DNA from: Octopus bimaculoides | Lineage: Eukaryota | Length of the DNA: 64,000 nucleotides | Assembly (NCBI RefSeq): GCF_001194135.2 | Contig: NC_068995.1 | Coordinates: 35,427,159 to 35,491,158 of the forward strand | Reading direction: 5' to 3' | Shown here: piece after piece, positions 13,125-25,830 of the stretch | Numbering within the stretch: position 1 is the stretch's first letter | How the letters are laid out: each line of letters begins with the position of its first letter | Notes under the pieces: model-generated | Database searches by the model: none | Told to the model about the DNA's origin: nothing | The model's input: only the letters and a program-made list of their open reading frames with translations | Program-made: the position numbers and the translations under genes

Positions 13125-14700
13125 ATGTATTATTATTACAATTATTACTGAAGATGTTGCACAGTATCCAGTATCATGATGTTGTGGATTGAAATTATTG
13201 TGTCTACCGGAGGTTCGTACTGTCTGTCAATTCACAACAAGGACCTCAGTCAGACAATAATTTTCGCAATATGCGTGCAATTCCAAGTAAATCCATCTTT
13301 TGCAATACACCTAGATTGTATGGTATTTCTAAAGTTTCCAGATATTTTTTCGTGCTGGGTGGTATTAAAGCCAATGCTCTAATAACAACAGGGACAATCA
13401 TTATGTTTGACTCTGGTAGCTGCCACATCTTGGCGATTTCAATTCTCAAGTCTCTATGTTTATCAATCTTTTATCCTTCTTCCATGATAATATGTTGCTC
13501 CCCTGGCGCTGACACGTCAACTATTAGGCAATCTGTTCGAGCTTGTGAAGTAGTCAAGGATTCAGAGTGAAAAGGTTGCGTAGTCTGACATTCATTAAGG
13601 GAGTGCAGAAAGAATTTAAGTTTCAAATAGTTTCAAATAACCTACTTGTAGGTTAATGTCGGCACTGTAAGATTCTTGTCGCCAGTATTATGTTGTGATG
13701 GTATTCCGGGTCTTATAATTTTTTGACTCGTCTATCTTGCTATCAATGATAGTTCCACAAGACAATGACTATGAAACGTCCTACAACGACTGACTGTCTT
13801 ACTTTATAGTGACTCTCATACCACTTTTTCACATGGGAAGGGGAGTGCCATTTTCACTACAGCAATAAATGTGTCAACATCTAACAACAGTGAATCTGAA
13901 GTTTTCAATTTCCCTTTCTGGAAAGTAGCCTAGGCACATTTATCAAGATAATTTCCATCCCGATGTCATCACTGAATGCTTTCACAGTACGTAATAGTCC
14001 TTCAAGCCCATTATTACCTTCACCATAGAGTTTAAAGTTATCCATATAAAATAGATGACTTTTTTTTTTGTCGCCAATTTTGTGTCCATTCCCGGTTCTA
14101 TTAAGTTCACTTGTAACGGGTATTAGGGCTATACAAAAAGTTAGAGGTGAAACAGAGTCACCTTGGAAAGTGTTGCAGTTGATAATAATATTGTCTACAG
14201 TATTTCACACTGACATGTCATGCTTCAAGAAGTTTGAAATTACAAGGCCTTTTTATAATCAATCCATGCAGAACTGAGATTTCTGCGTTTGTTATGACAG
14301 TTCTCAAGGATCATGCGATTGATTCAGAGTTGGTCTTTGCATCCATATGAGCCTCGTGGGCAGCCTTTTTGTCCAGTGGGAGAAAAATATCGTTCTGTTC
14401 CATAAATTTATGTTTTCTCCACGTGGATGGATGTTAAAATTTTATACGTGGTAGACAGATATGCTATGGGACGATAGTTTTACGGAAATTTGGTTTCATT
14501 GCTGTTTGGGAGTAGGTAAGTAATATCTTTTGCTAACCAATCAGATGATTTCTTAGGATCTCTCATAATTTCATTGACAACTTGAACTAACGTTTCGTGT
14601 GCGCAGGGAGCGGTACGAGCCAGAAATCTGGAACCCTATCTTCATCAGGGGATTTCTTCTTATGAGCCTTCGTGAGTGTCATCTTTAAATATGTGAAGGT
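13125..14700 (-). mobile_element. RLE-type non-LTR retrotransposon with an internal deletion; same family as 4440-5992
   Basis: KSPDEDRVPDFWL (~14620), LSSAWIDYKKA (~14260), FQGDSVSPLTFCIALIP (~14150), SHLFYMDNFKLY (~14040), then a jump to the C-terminal region ending IVPVVIRALALIP..LQKMDLLGIARILRKLL (13246-13449) and a degenerate AAT tail. 13890-14150 closely matches 5745-5990 at the nucleotide level. Confidence 0.88.
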
Positions 14701-14714
14701 TGGTGGGGTATTAT

Positions 14715-15283
14715 TATTATTGGGTGAGAGAGCAGTGCATGCCATCACAGTGACACTGGGGTAAAATATACGAAGCCCAATATACCCATCATGACTACTC
14801 GTCTGATAAGGGTACACCAGGCACAGGCATCACAACCATATGCGCACGACATGGTGATCTCATATCAAGATAAACAGTGCATGACCTCGCAGGTGGGGCT
14901 CAGTTAGAATTTTCTTCAGGTCGAGTAGCCCATTCCGCTCAAAAGGTCCCTGAATAAGGTTTGTTTAAGGATGTTGAGGAAGACACCCATGTTTCCAAAG
15001 GTGAATTATTCAAACCCCAACGAATTCCTCTCAACACATGTCTATGATGCTCCCCTACTGCTTCTGCTCATGATCATCATGATCAGAGATGCACATATCG
15101 TTAGCCACCAAAGGACATGCTCAGCTGGTTACGGTCAAACAGCTGACAAGCAAATCTGTGGTATTGAGCAGAATATTTGCTGTAGCCCATCTTTTATACC
15201 AAGACAAAACAATGTACATGATAACACTTCCAATCAATTAAGATCAGAAGCTATGAGAGCTACTGCCTGGTACTGCATCGGCG

Positions 15284-15285
<2 letters not shown>
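14715..15285 (-). repeat. Unclassified ~570-bp non-coding interspersed repeat (SINE-like) flanked by (ATT)n
   Basis: GC-richer block bounded by TATTATTATTATT at ~14708 and (TAT)n at 15285. It interrupts the upstream end of the RT remnant and has no credible ORF. I recall it as a high-copy octopus repeat, unverified. Orientation is inferred from an AAT tail on the minus strand. Confidence 0.6.
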
Positions 15286-15354
<69 letters not shown>

Positions 15355-15684
15355 NNNNNNNNNNNNNNNNNNNNNNNNNNNNNNNNNNNNNNNNNNNNNN
15401 NNNNNNNNNNNNNNNNNNNNNNNNNNNNNNNNNNNNNNNNNNNNNNNNNNNNNNNNNNNNNNNNNNNNNNNNNNNNNNNNNNNNNNNNNNNNNNNNNNNN
15501 NNNNNNNNNNNNNNNNNNNNNNNNNNNNNNNNNNNNNNNNNNNNNNNNNNNNNNNNNNNNNNNNNNNNNNNNNNNNNNNNNNNNNNNNNNNNNNNNNNNN
15601 NNNNNNNNNNNNNNNNNNNNNNNNNNNNNNNNNNNNNNNNNNNNNNNNNNNNNNNNNNNNNNNNNNNNNNNNNNNNNNNNNNNN

Positions 15685-15738
<54 letters not shown>

Positions 15739-16254
15739 TAGTTATACAGTTTTTTTTGCAATAGTGTTATTGGTTAGTTCTCCAACGGGACATTCACAGT
15801 TTTACTGCATTGTAGATGGTGAGAGAGACAAAGAAGATCCGTGCAATCCGGGTAAAACGCATTTTACAGGGAAACGTAGTTTGAAAGCAACAGTGTATTG
15901 ATTTCATCAAAGATACAACTTCTGCTGATGTACATCGGCGAGAGATTTACTAAGATAACAGGAAAAAAATCAATGCCATAACTAAAATAATATAATAACT
16001 TTAGGAATTGAGAGGTGAGACGTTTCAAGAAAGACTACATATGTACAAAATGCAAGAATACAAGTGGGGTGATTTATCAGTGGTAACTATAAAGGGTCGG
16101 CCTGACATAAAATATCAATGAATGCACACAACTTTGCAAAATACTTTACAATTACAATTCAGCATTAGATTAACGTCATCCGATACGTAAAATAATTTGT
16201 TTCATTTTAAGATTGTAACCTTGAAAAGAAAAAATTACAGTTATGTATTTAAGA

Positions 16255-16642
16255 GATGAGGAATTATTAGCAAAATGTGGAACCTGAAGACTAAAACAAT
16301 ACCTATTGTCATAGGTGCCCTTGGAATGACAGCGAAACGGGCTGATTACTACCTACCTCAGATACCAGAAAACCCCAAAATGGCTGAAGTTCAAAAGATA
16401 GTGCTCATGGGAACTGCCCATATCCTGCGTAAAATACTGTCTATGTGATCTCAAATTTTAAAACAGACACATAATTTTCTTATGGTTTCTTAAACATTCT
16501 CTAGAACAACACTATGTACAAATCCAAATATATGGTACCCTAGGCATAACACCTACATGAACTTCTAACTTGTTGTCTCTTGAGGTCTCTGGGTGAGACT
16601 TGGATCCAACTTGTACAAATGCAACACAAAATTCAAACATAA

Positions 16643-16730
<88 letters not shown>
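16255..16730 (+). mobile_element. 3' end of an RLE-type retrotransposon with 3' UTR and (AAT)n tail
   Basis: KMWNLKTKTIPIVIGALGM..EVQKIVLMGTAHILRKILSM* (~16270-16448), a ~190-nt UTR containing a GTCTC/GAGAC hairpin, then (AAT)n at ~16643-16730. Confidence 0.88.
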
Positions 16731-16734
<4 letters not shown>

Positions 16735-16879
16735 CAACAACAGCATCAAAAAATACCTTAGGAATGAAAAGCCAGATTCGAAATTTCCCCACGACACCTG
16801 ATGATGGCTGGAGGGTATATCAGTTAACAACAAACATGATGAGGACAAATATCCATCAAATGTAAATAAAAGAAAATTT

Positions 16880-17450
16880 AATATTCCTTTTTCTGATAGT
16901 ATACCTGCCGGAAGGGATATTTGCTCAGCATGCATGTACGCCAGGTTCAATTGATGGTGGCTCCAGCGCATGGACATAATTGTATAGTTTAATCTAAACT
17001 GACAAGACAACCTAATATAGTAGCGCCAGGTCAAAATGTTTCAAAAATTATCCATAATGCACAACATAAATTATCTCCAGAAGGGAAGTATTTGACGCTT
17101 TCACAAGCCGTCATTAGATATATCCTCTGCTAAGCCTGAATGGAACGCAAAAGTTGACTTTCCATCAACTGCAAGGTTCAGCTGGAAGAGTGAATGTGGA
17201 CGTTAAATGACCAACCTCCCACTGTGCTCGACCTATGGTGGCAATCATTTAAGGAACTACGTTCTAAAATGCGTCCTGAACTATGGCGACTACAGCTATA
17301 TATTGCGTTGTGGTGTGTAAAAATAAAACGCTAACATACAAGATGGAGTATGTATTTGATTCAGTACTTGACTGTCCATGCTCTCTTTGGACTCAGGATT
17401 TATGAAACAGAAAGTAAATTCCAAAAAGTTTTCAGCAGAAAACATACAGA
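16880..17450 (-). pseudogene. Very degenerate CR1-group RT remnant (tentative)
   Basis: Scattered minus-strand similarity in the correct order: SRHSSGRILER, LNDCHHRSST, F*PGATILG. Many stops. Confidence 0.3.
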
Positions 17451-18579
17451 AACGTAATTAAACGCTGCATGATATTTGGCTATATATTCTACCGTTCCTG
17501 GCAATCCAGAATCCAAAATATTTTAATGATAATAAGCAGGGGCATGAGGAGGAGGAGGAGGNNNNNNNNNNNNNNNNNNNNNNNNNNNNNNNNNNNNNNN
17601 NNNNNNNNNNNNNNNNNNNNNNNNNNNNNNNNNNNNNNNNNNNNNNNNNNNNNNNNNNNNNNNNNNNNNNNNNNNNNNNNNNNNNNNNNNNNNNNNNNNN
17701 NNNNNNNNNNNNNNNNNNNNNNNNNNNNNNNNNNNNNNNNNNNNNNNNNNNNNAGAAGAAGAAGAAGAAGAAGAAGAAGAAGAAGAATTCATTGGCGCGA
17801 ACGGAGGTCAGAACGCAAACAACCGGAACAAAGCACTTTGCGTCTCACTAAATTTTCAGCCAGTTTGCTACGTTAATAACTCTATATAATATAAGCACAA
17901 GACCTGCAATTTTAAGGGAATGAATTCTACAAGAGTCACCATTTGTTTACATTAATTGGTTCAGAAGTAGGAAACTATTTTGCAAAGTCGTAATACAACA
18001 GCGATTAAGATATCCTCGTCCAAATCTACCAGAACGTATTGAGAATGAATTAGTACAACATATGCGTGCGTATGTGTGTGTGTGTATATATATGTGTGTG
18101 TATGCGTGTGTTTATACAACTTAAACAAATTAAGAAACGTTCCCCCACCTATAAGTGAATGAAATACAAACGCCATACAATAGATACAAAATACAACCAA
18201 TGAAATAACACCCATGAACCAAATGACAACCAGTATAAAAACCAGACACCACGAATATCAACCACCGATATTAAGTCTTGTTAGTTACTCCTGATGATCG
18301 TAGTTTCGTGAACTTGAAGCAAACTTTCCGATCCAGTTTTAATACACACACACAAATAAACATAAGCATACTTATATACATACATACGTACACATACATA
18401 CATACATACATACATACATACATACATACATACATACATACATACATACAAACATGCATACATACTTACATACATATAAACAACAGTAGCACTCCACAGA
18501 TATGGTTATCGAAAGTATTTAAGAGTTTTAGACACATACAATGCGTGTGTTTATTTGAGTGTATGTGCGCGGCGCGCGC

Positions 18580-18648
<69 letters not shown>

Positions 18649-19420
18649 TTGTCTGCGTTTGCGTGTAGCTGGTTTTTTTATTTTTTTACAGGTACAAAAG
18701 TTAAGACAATACACTGTAGAATATGTATAGCTTGGAGTTTGTTAAAATTGCATTTTGTACAGCCACTAAGGAATTTTTATGTGTACACACAGAAATATTA
18801 TTATAATAGTCGTTGACTCTCTCCAATGAGGGACGGGGTCACCGACTGTTGAAGAGATTGCAAGAAGCAACGAAAACGTTAGAAAAAACAAATAAGTAAA
18901 CGAGTGGAAATCGAATCGGTGATAATCGGTGTGTTAAATAGTAACGCATTAAAACAGATTAACTCACCCCAGACACGATGATATATATATACAGAGACAT
19001 GCCAGAAGTAAATAGACACCCTTATAATCGTTAAAATTTATCTAAATCTGAAATTCTACATTCAAATTATTTATTAATTATTGTAATGTAAATATCTAAT
19101 ATTTTTTAGACATGCCCTTTGTATATTTCAATGCAAGGACCCTATTGATGAGATGACAAATATTCTCTTCGGGCATTTCTTGCCAAATTTCATGGAGTAA
19201 TCTGAAAAGATCTGACTTTGAGGATGCTTTCTTGTTCTTTTTATGAAGTTTCTGTCCATATATTGTTTCGAATTTGTGTGAGTCTGTATAGAATAATATT
19301 TAAGTTGAATAAAATTAAAACATATTCTGGTTTTCACGTTTTTATATTATTCTATTTTAACAAAATTACCGCTTTCATATATAGTGTACTCATCGGATTT
19401 TAAGATACATATGTATGTAT

Positions 19421-19466
<46 letters not shown>

Positions 19467-19580
19467 NNNNNNNNNNNNNNNNNNNNNNNNNNNNNNNNNN
19501 NNNNNNNNNNNNNNNNNNNNNNNNNNNNNNNNNNNNNNNNNNNNNNNNNNNNNNNNNNNNNNNNNNNNNNNNNNNNNNNN

Positions 19581-19677
19581 TGCTTCACCACATACCGAAG
19601 TTCAGAAATAGCAGCTAAAAAATCTGAGTCTCAGGTTTTCTAGCTGCTATTTCTGAACTTCGGTATGTGGTGAAGCA
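19581..19677. repeat. 97-nt near-perfect palindrome, probably the centre of a foldback repeat family
   Basis: Arms 19581-19617 and 19641-19677 are perfect 37-bp reverse complements, and the inner 23 nt also pair around T19629. A one-armed relative lies at ~41648-41710. Confidence 0.9.
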
Positions 19678-19701
19678 AATGCTTGCTGATCACTTAATTA
19701 T

Positions 19702-19744
<43 letters not shown>

Positions 19745-22619
19745 CATACATATACACATATGTATTTATGTATGTATATGTGTGTATGCGTGAGAGTGTG
19801 TGTGTGAGCGCGTGAAGGTGAAATTTTGTGTCTGTATTGCATTCATATATCATAAAGTGATTAAATTAATTTAACTTAAACTGAGAATAAACAGTAAATT
19901 TGCAATTTAATTATTAAGATCAACCTGGTACATTATATTGTTTCCATGATTTGCTAATTCCGATTGGTTATACATTATTAACTTTTATCGTAGATCTACT
20001 GGTTCGGTGCATTCTTTTACCGGTAAATGAAAATCATACTGTGCTTCACCGCTAAAAGGTAAGATCGAACGGAAATATTCTTTTTTCTCAAATCCTAGTA
20101 ACCGATATTTTACATTAATGTTTGAGAAAAGAACTGATCTTAAATTGTGCCCAGGATGGCCTTTTGTTGTATCCTGTAAGCGTTATATTTGTCATGTAGT
20201 AAACCTGTTATTGTTTAACTCCACTTTTATTTTACTTTTATTGTTACTAGTACAAATTTATTCCAATATATTTCAATACTCAGCCTTCTCGCTATTTTAT
20301 CTTTCTCCTTTCCTCCCTTTTTTTTCTCTCGCTCAAAATGTTATTACTGCTACTTACCTCAAGGTTAAATCTGATAACGTAAATTTTCGATCTAAATTTG
20401 TCCATTTGTATACATTTTGCCTTCTCAGGCGCAGTGTATCCCATATTATGTTGACGAATGTGTGCTTCCTTTATCGAAGATATTTGATAGGATTTGAGAA
20501 AATTATGGTTGTTCTATTTATTATTGCTACAGACTGTAGGCTGCGTCGTTGAGTCGCTTTTCTCTATGTAGTGTGACAAGTTGTCAACTTGTGTGTATGT
20601 ANNNNNNNNNNNNNNNNNNNNNNNNNNNNNNNNNNNNNNNNNNNNNNNNNNNNNNNNNNNNNNNNNNNNNNNNNNNNNNNNNNNNNNNNNNNNNNNNNNN
20701 NNNNNNNNNNNNNNNNNNNNNNNNNNNNNNNNNNNNNNNNNNNNNNNNNNNNNNNNNNNNNNNNNNNNNNNNNNNNNNNNNNNNNNNNNNNNNNNNNNNN
20801 NNNNNNNNNNNNNNNNNNNNNNNNNNNNNNNNNNNNNNNNNNNNNNNNNNNNNNNNNNNNNNNNNNNNNNNNNNNNNNNNNNNNNNNNNNNNNNNNNNNN
20901 NNNNNNNNNNNNNNNNNNNNNNNNNNNNNNNNNNNNNNNNNNNNNNNNNNNNNNNNNNNNNNNNNNNNNNNNNNNNNNNNNNNNNNNNATATATATATAT
21001 ATATATATACAATATATACACAGAAATAGGTATTTAATCGCACTTAAATCACACCTGCCTTCAAAACAGAAAGAGATTTCTATAATACAATAAAATCATA
21101 GATACCACTGCCAATATAGCTGGATTACTCTGTGGATAAAAAGTAACAGCCAACAACATTGACCAATAATATCAGCATTACTGAACTGTGTTACTAATAT
21201 GAAAATCATAACTACTGAAAAAATCATCATTATAAGCAGAATAAATATAAAAATTATACATTTGAAGGTTACCTCATTAAAAAGATGGAAAAAGGTACGG
21301 GAGGGAAATTGAAGCAGATATTTAGAATATGACAGAAAATGCAGGCTTCAACGAAGCGAAATTCTTTATACTTAACGTTGACGTATATAACATAGTGAAC
21401 ATCAAATATCGTTTTAGAAATAGTTATATGGTGTGAAAACCCCAGTATTAGATCGATGTTATTTTGATGATAGGTTATTTAGAGAAGATAAATATACTGT
21501 ATACATGTGCGTGTGTAAGTACATATATGGTATATATATGCATATGTATGTATGTATGTACGTATGTATGAATGTTTGTATGCATGGGTTTCAAGTTTTG
21601 ATATAGCTCTAGTGGAGGTGTACGTCGGTTATATGGAACCCAGTATTCAACTGACACTTATTTTATCAACTTCAGCAGTATTTGGGCTCCTACCTCAAGA
21701 CAGATAAAATGTCGCTCGGCGTGATAACGATTCTGCTATAGCTTACCACCTTACATCTGTGTAGGTATCAACATTATCCAATACATACGGAACTATTGAC
21801 ACTATTGTGTTCTAGTTTTATTATCTATCAATGGTTTTCTTCTCTTCGTAAGTCTACCTTTAAATTTTGCTTCAAACAGTAAAGTTCTGAAATACATCAT
21901 CATCGTTTATATGCCTCATCTTTAGGGCGATGTGATACTGGTCTATGTCACTACTTTCTATGCAATCCAAATATAATTATTGTAGACGCTAGCACTGGAA
22001 TCTAAATTTTCACCATTAAATATATAGAAGTAAGGTATTTATATATTTTTCATTCATATATACTAGCTAGTCTTATACTTTGCTATCATTATTCCTTCTA
22101 ATATGAATTGTCTAATTTTGTATGTTTGTGACGGCCACAAGTGCTTGCCTATCTGATGTAGTACCGTATTGCATAGTGTAGAACATTGAAACTCTTCCTT
22201 ATGGTAAATGCATAGTGCACCATCGCGAGAGTTTCCTACACGTATGGCCATGAAAGTAGTTGTTTCAATGAAGTTCTTAACTTTTAACTTTCCAATCGAA
22301 TTTAGAAGTCACATTGGTCCTAAGTAGCTTCCTTACGTGTTTGTATGTTTACGGGCTGTTATGAAATCTTCAAACTTGATAACTTCGCAGTATAACATTA
22401 ATGTAAATGTATTGCTTAATGTACATCATTTAATGTACACACACACTCTCTCTCTCTCTCACACACACACACATACATATACACCTGTGACAAGCTTGAT
22501 GCTGTGGCTTTTACTTAATAGAAAATCTCTCTGAAGACATGATGTGTTAAAGAAAAAAGATTGAAGCGGAACCAACAAAGAAAAAAGACCAGATGCGTTT
22601 TATGGATAGGGTAAATACC

Positions 22620-22928
22620 CCCTTTGGTCATGAATGACCATGAGATTGCACCTAGAAAGTTACCCTCTAAGGCACAAGTCCAGGCAAGGTTGTTTATGGA
22701 AGATCAGCAGTCACCAATGCAGACCAGCCTACCCTCTCTACGCCACCGATGTTATCCAAAGGAAAGGCAAATGCAGATGCAGTTTGGCCGATGTCGCAAC
22801 TCATTTCTACAGCTGAGTGTACTGGAACAACGTAAAATAAAGTGTCTTGCATAAGAACGGAACACACAGCCTGGTCTGGGAATCGAATTCATTGCTGCAT
22901 GATTGTGAGCCCGACGCTCTAACTACCT
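22620..22928 (-). mobile_element. tRNA-derived SINE (family D; central domain resembles V/CORE-type domains)
   Basis: Minus-strand head with B-box-like GAATTCGATTCCC (22879-22891), then the GCAAGACACTTTATTTTACGTTGTTCCAGT domain shared with 31570-31875. Confidence 0.8.
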
Positions 22929-24527
22929 TCACTCATGAATAATACATTAATTAATACGCCGAAAATTCGCTGGGGTGAATAAAAACAATGCATTATATGT
23001 TAGCTATGGTAAATATATGGGTATTTAAATTTAAAGCTGTTTCAATTTCGCTTGCTGAGTGGCTTTCCGAAATATCAAAGAATGTATTACCTATTATTTC
23101 CAATATAGCGGGTGGGACAGATTTCGTCTAGGCACGTGTTTATACGTTATTGACAAAGCTCAAAGAAGCCGAAATTTTCAGGTGTTCTCGTGTTTCATTC
23201 ATGAAACGATATCCATCTCGTTCCGATATGTACTGTGTTTATATCATAGCAAGTATATGGACAGATTTTCTGTCAGACAAAAAAAGCCACATCATTCCTT
23301 TCAACAGTGTATATAGTTCAAGTATGATACATTGAATGCTATTTTAATTTGAAGTTCCTTCAATTGTGTACGCTGAGTTTTTATTCAGTCCAGAGGTGGA
23401 TTATTTACAGTTTCCTATGTATAGGTGGTTTTATCCAGGTATGCAACTAGCGAGTACACATTGACTAGAATTAAGGAAACCATCTGGCGTTCTGTTGAGT
23501 TGATGCTTGTCTCGCACCGATTTATATTGTTTTTAACACAGAATAACTACAAAAAAACTATCTCTCTCACAAAACTGCAGCATCATATATATTCACAGTG
23601 TTCTGTTTCTGTGAAATATGTACTGATGTATTTTGTTATTTTCAGCTTACACAGATAAATTTTTCTAGTTACTGACTGCCAAGGGTGTTTGAAAGTCCGA
23701 ATGTTTTACTTCAAAGTTTTATGGAATATATTGCAAACTTTGTAAACTCTACTTTTAATATACATAGGCTACAGCTAAACAGAAAAAACTTTATGAGTGA
23801 GACTTGCTTCAGGCGAGTGGAAAATCATTTATCTCCTTGAACATAACAATTTAACGCGTGCATAATTATATTGAAAGACTAAGTGGTTTTATCGCCTTCG
23901 TTTTATTTTCAAACTGATCACGTTATATTAAGTTATATTTACAAGCTAATGCACTTCATATCATCAGCGCATTACTTCAAGCTTCAGATAACATCGTGTT
24001 ATCTACCGTGATTACTTTTGTTTAATTTTTCAGAGATCAACATTGTAAAATAGAGATTAATGCTCGTCGTCTATCTCACTATAATCATCTAATAAAGAAG
24101 AACTGATAAAATTGAGTATTCAAAAATACGATTGCTAAAATGCTATTATAAATGTTTGTATTCTGCGCAGTATTTGTAACAGATAACTGTTTCGTCAATA
24201 AATTAGACAACTTAATCAGTGGGAATCGATTTTATAAATGCACACTAAAATATCGAATTGTTTTGCATACAGGACATGTATCGCTTCATAACGTTCAGCT
24301 CGGAATTGAATACTAGTGAAAGTCGACTGAAGGGAACTTCGTGCAAGATCATAAAAGAATTTACAGAAAGAAGAATATTATCAGTTTGCGAATGTGTGTG
24401 TGTATGTGTGTGTGTGTGTGTGTATGTGTGTGGGCATGTATGTATGTAAATGTATGTATATATATAGACATACATTCATATATGTAGACATATATATACA
24501 TATATATACACACACACATATATATAC

Positions 24528-24568
<41 letters not shown>

Positions 24569-25303
24569 NNNNNNNNNNNNNNNNNNNNNNNNNNNNNNNN
24601 NNNNNNNNNNNNNNNNNNNNNNNNNNNNNNNNNNNNNNNNNNNNNNNNNNNNNNNNNNNNNNNNNNNNNNNNNNNNNNNNNNNNNNNNNNNNNNNNNNNN
24701 NNNNNNNNNNNNNNNNNNNNNNNNNNNNNNNNNNNNNNNNNNNNNNNNNNNNNNNNNNNNNNNNNNNNNNNNNNNNNNNNNNNNNNNNNNNNNNNNNNNN
24801 NNNNNNNNNNNNNNNNNNNNNNNNNNNNNNNNNNNNNNNNNNNNNNNNNNNNNNNNNNNNNNNNNNNNNNNNNNNNNNNNNNNNNNNNNNNNNNNNNNNN
24901 NNNNNNNNNNNNNNNNNNNNNNNNNNNNNNNNNNNNNNNNNNNNNNNNNNNNNNNNNNNNNNNNNNNNNNNNNNNNNNNNNNNNNNNNNNNNNNNNNNNN
25001 NNNNNNNNNNNNNNNNNNNNNNNNNNNNNNNNNNNNNNNNNNNNNNNNNNNNNNNNNNNNNNNNNNNNNNNNNNNNNNNNNNNNNNNNNNNNNNNNNNNN
25101 NNNNNNNNNNNNNNNNNNNNNNNNNNNNNNNNNNNNNNNNNNNNNNNNNNNNNNNNNNNNNNNNNNNNNNNNNNNNNNNNNNNNNNNNNNNNNNNNNNNN
25201 NNNNNNNNNNNNNNNNNNNNNNNNNNNNNNNNNNATATATATATATATATATACACTACATGACGGACTCTACTGTGGAAGATGAGGGAGCAGGGGCTAA
25301 CTG

Positions 25304-25751
25304 TTTGGCGAATTTCCTGCACAAATGATTTCTTCCTAGTGATCAAATGTATCTACTGTATATTAGACCAACTTGAGATGAAATGCTTCCCTCAAAAACG
25401 CAAGTCGGTGCAGGAATTCAAATGTATGTATATATGTATGTGTGTATGTATATATATTTTGCTGTAGTTTCAGCTCAGAGCTGCGGCCATGTTGATGCAC
25501 CGCCGTATGTATACATACATACATACATACATACATACACACATACATACACAAATATATTTTTTTAATTTCTGGACCGACTTGAGCAAAACACTTTATC
25601 TCAATTTGCTCTGCGATCACTTCGACACGAGATGCGTGGTACACCTTCCACCTTTTCAGGCAACGTCGATTTGATGGAGAGCGTGAGTTAATGTACTGCA
25701 CCTACATTTGATCACTAGGAAGAAATCATTTGTGCAGGGTCGTTCGCCAAA
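25304..25751. repeat. Head-to-head inverted SINE pair forming a ~450-bp foldback
   Basis: 25316-25351 and 25703-25738 are perfect 36-bp reverse complements, extended by TTTGGCGAA/TTCGCCAAA. The inner portions (ACCGACTTG..ATCTCAA) are also homologous but diverged. Confidence 0.85.
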
Positions 25752-25773
25752 GAGCTAACTCCTCCGTCGTCAC

Positions 25774-25830
<57 letters not shown>

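Noticed and set aside
16895-17120. Sushi-like YTCRKGYLL and subtilase-like PNIVAPGQNV on the + strand
   Set aside because: They need frameshifts, lack the other conserved residues (no GTSMA), and overlap a probable minus-strand RT remnant.
18291-18330. CTGATGA followed by ..GAAGCAAAC
   Set aside because: G10 and the G of GAAA are missing, with no stem II or stem I. At best a dead hammerhead.
19994-20058. 65-nt interval with strong AG and GTAAGA splice signals on the + strand
   Set aside because: All three frames contain stops. It could be a non-coding exon, but nothing in the sequence supports that.
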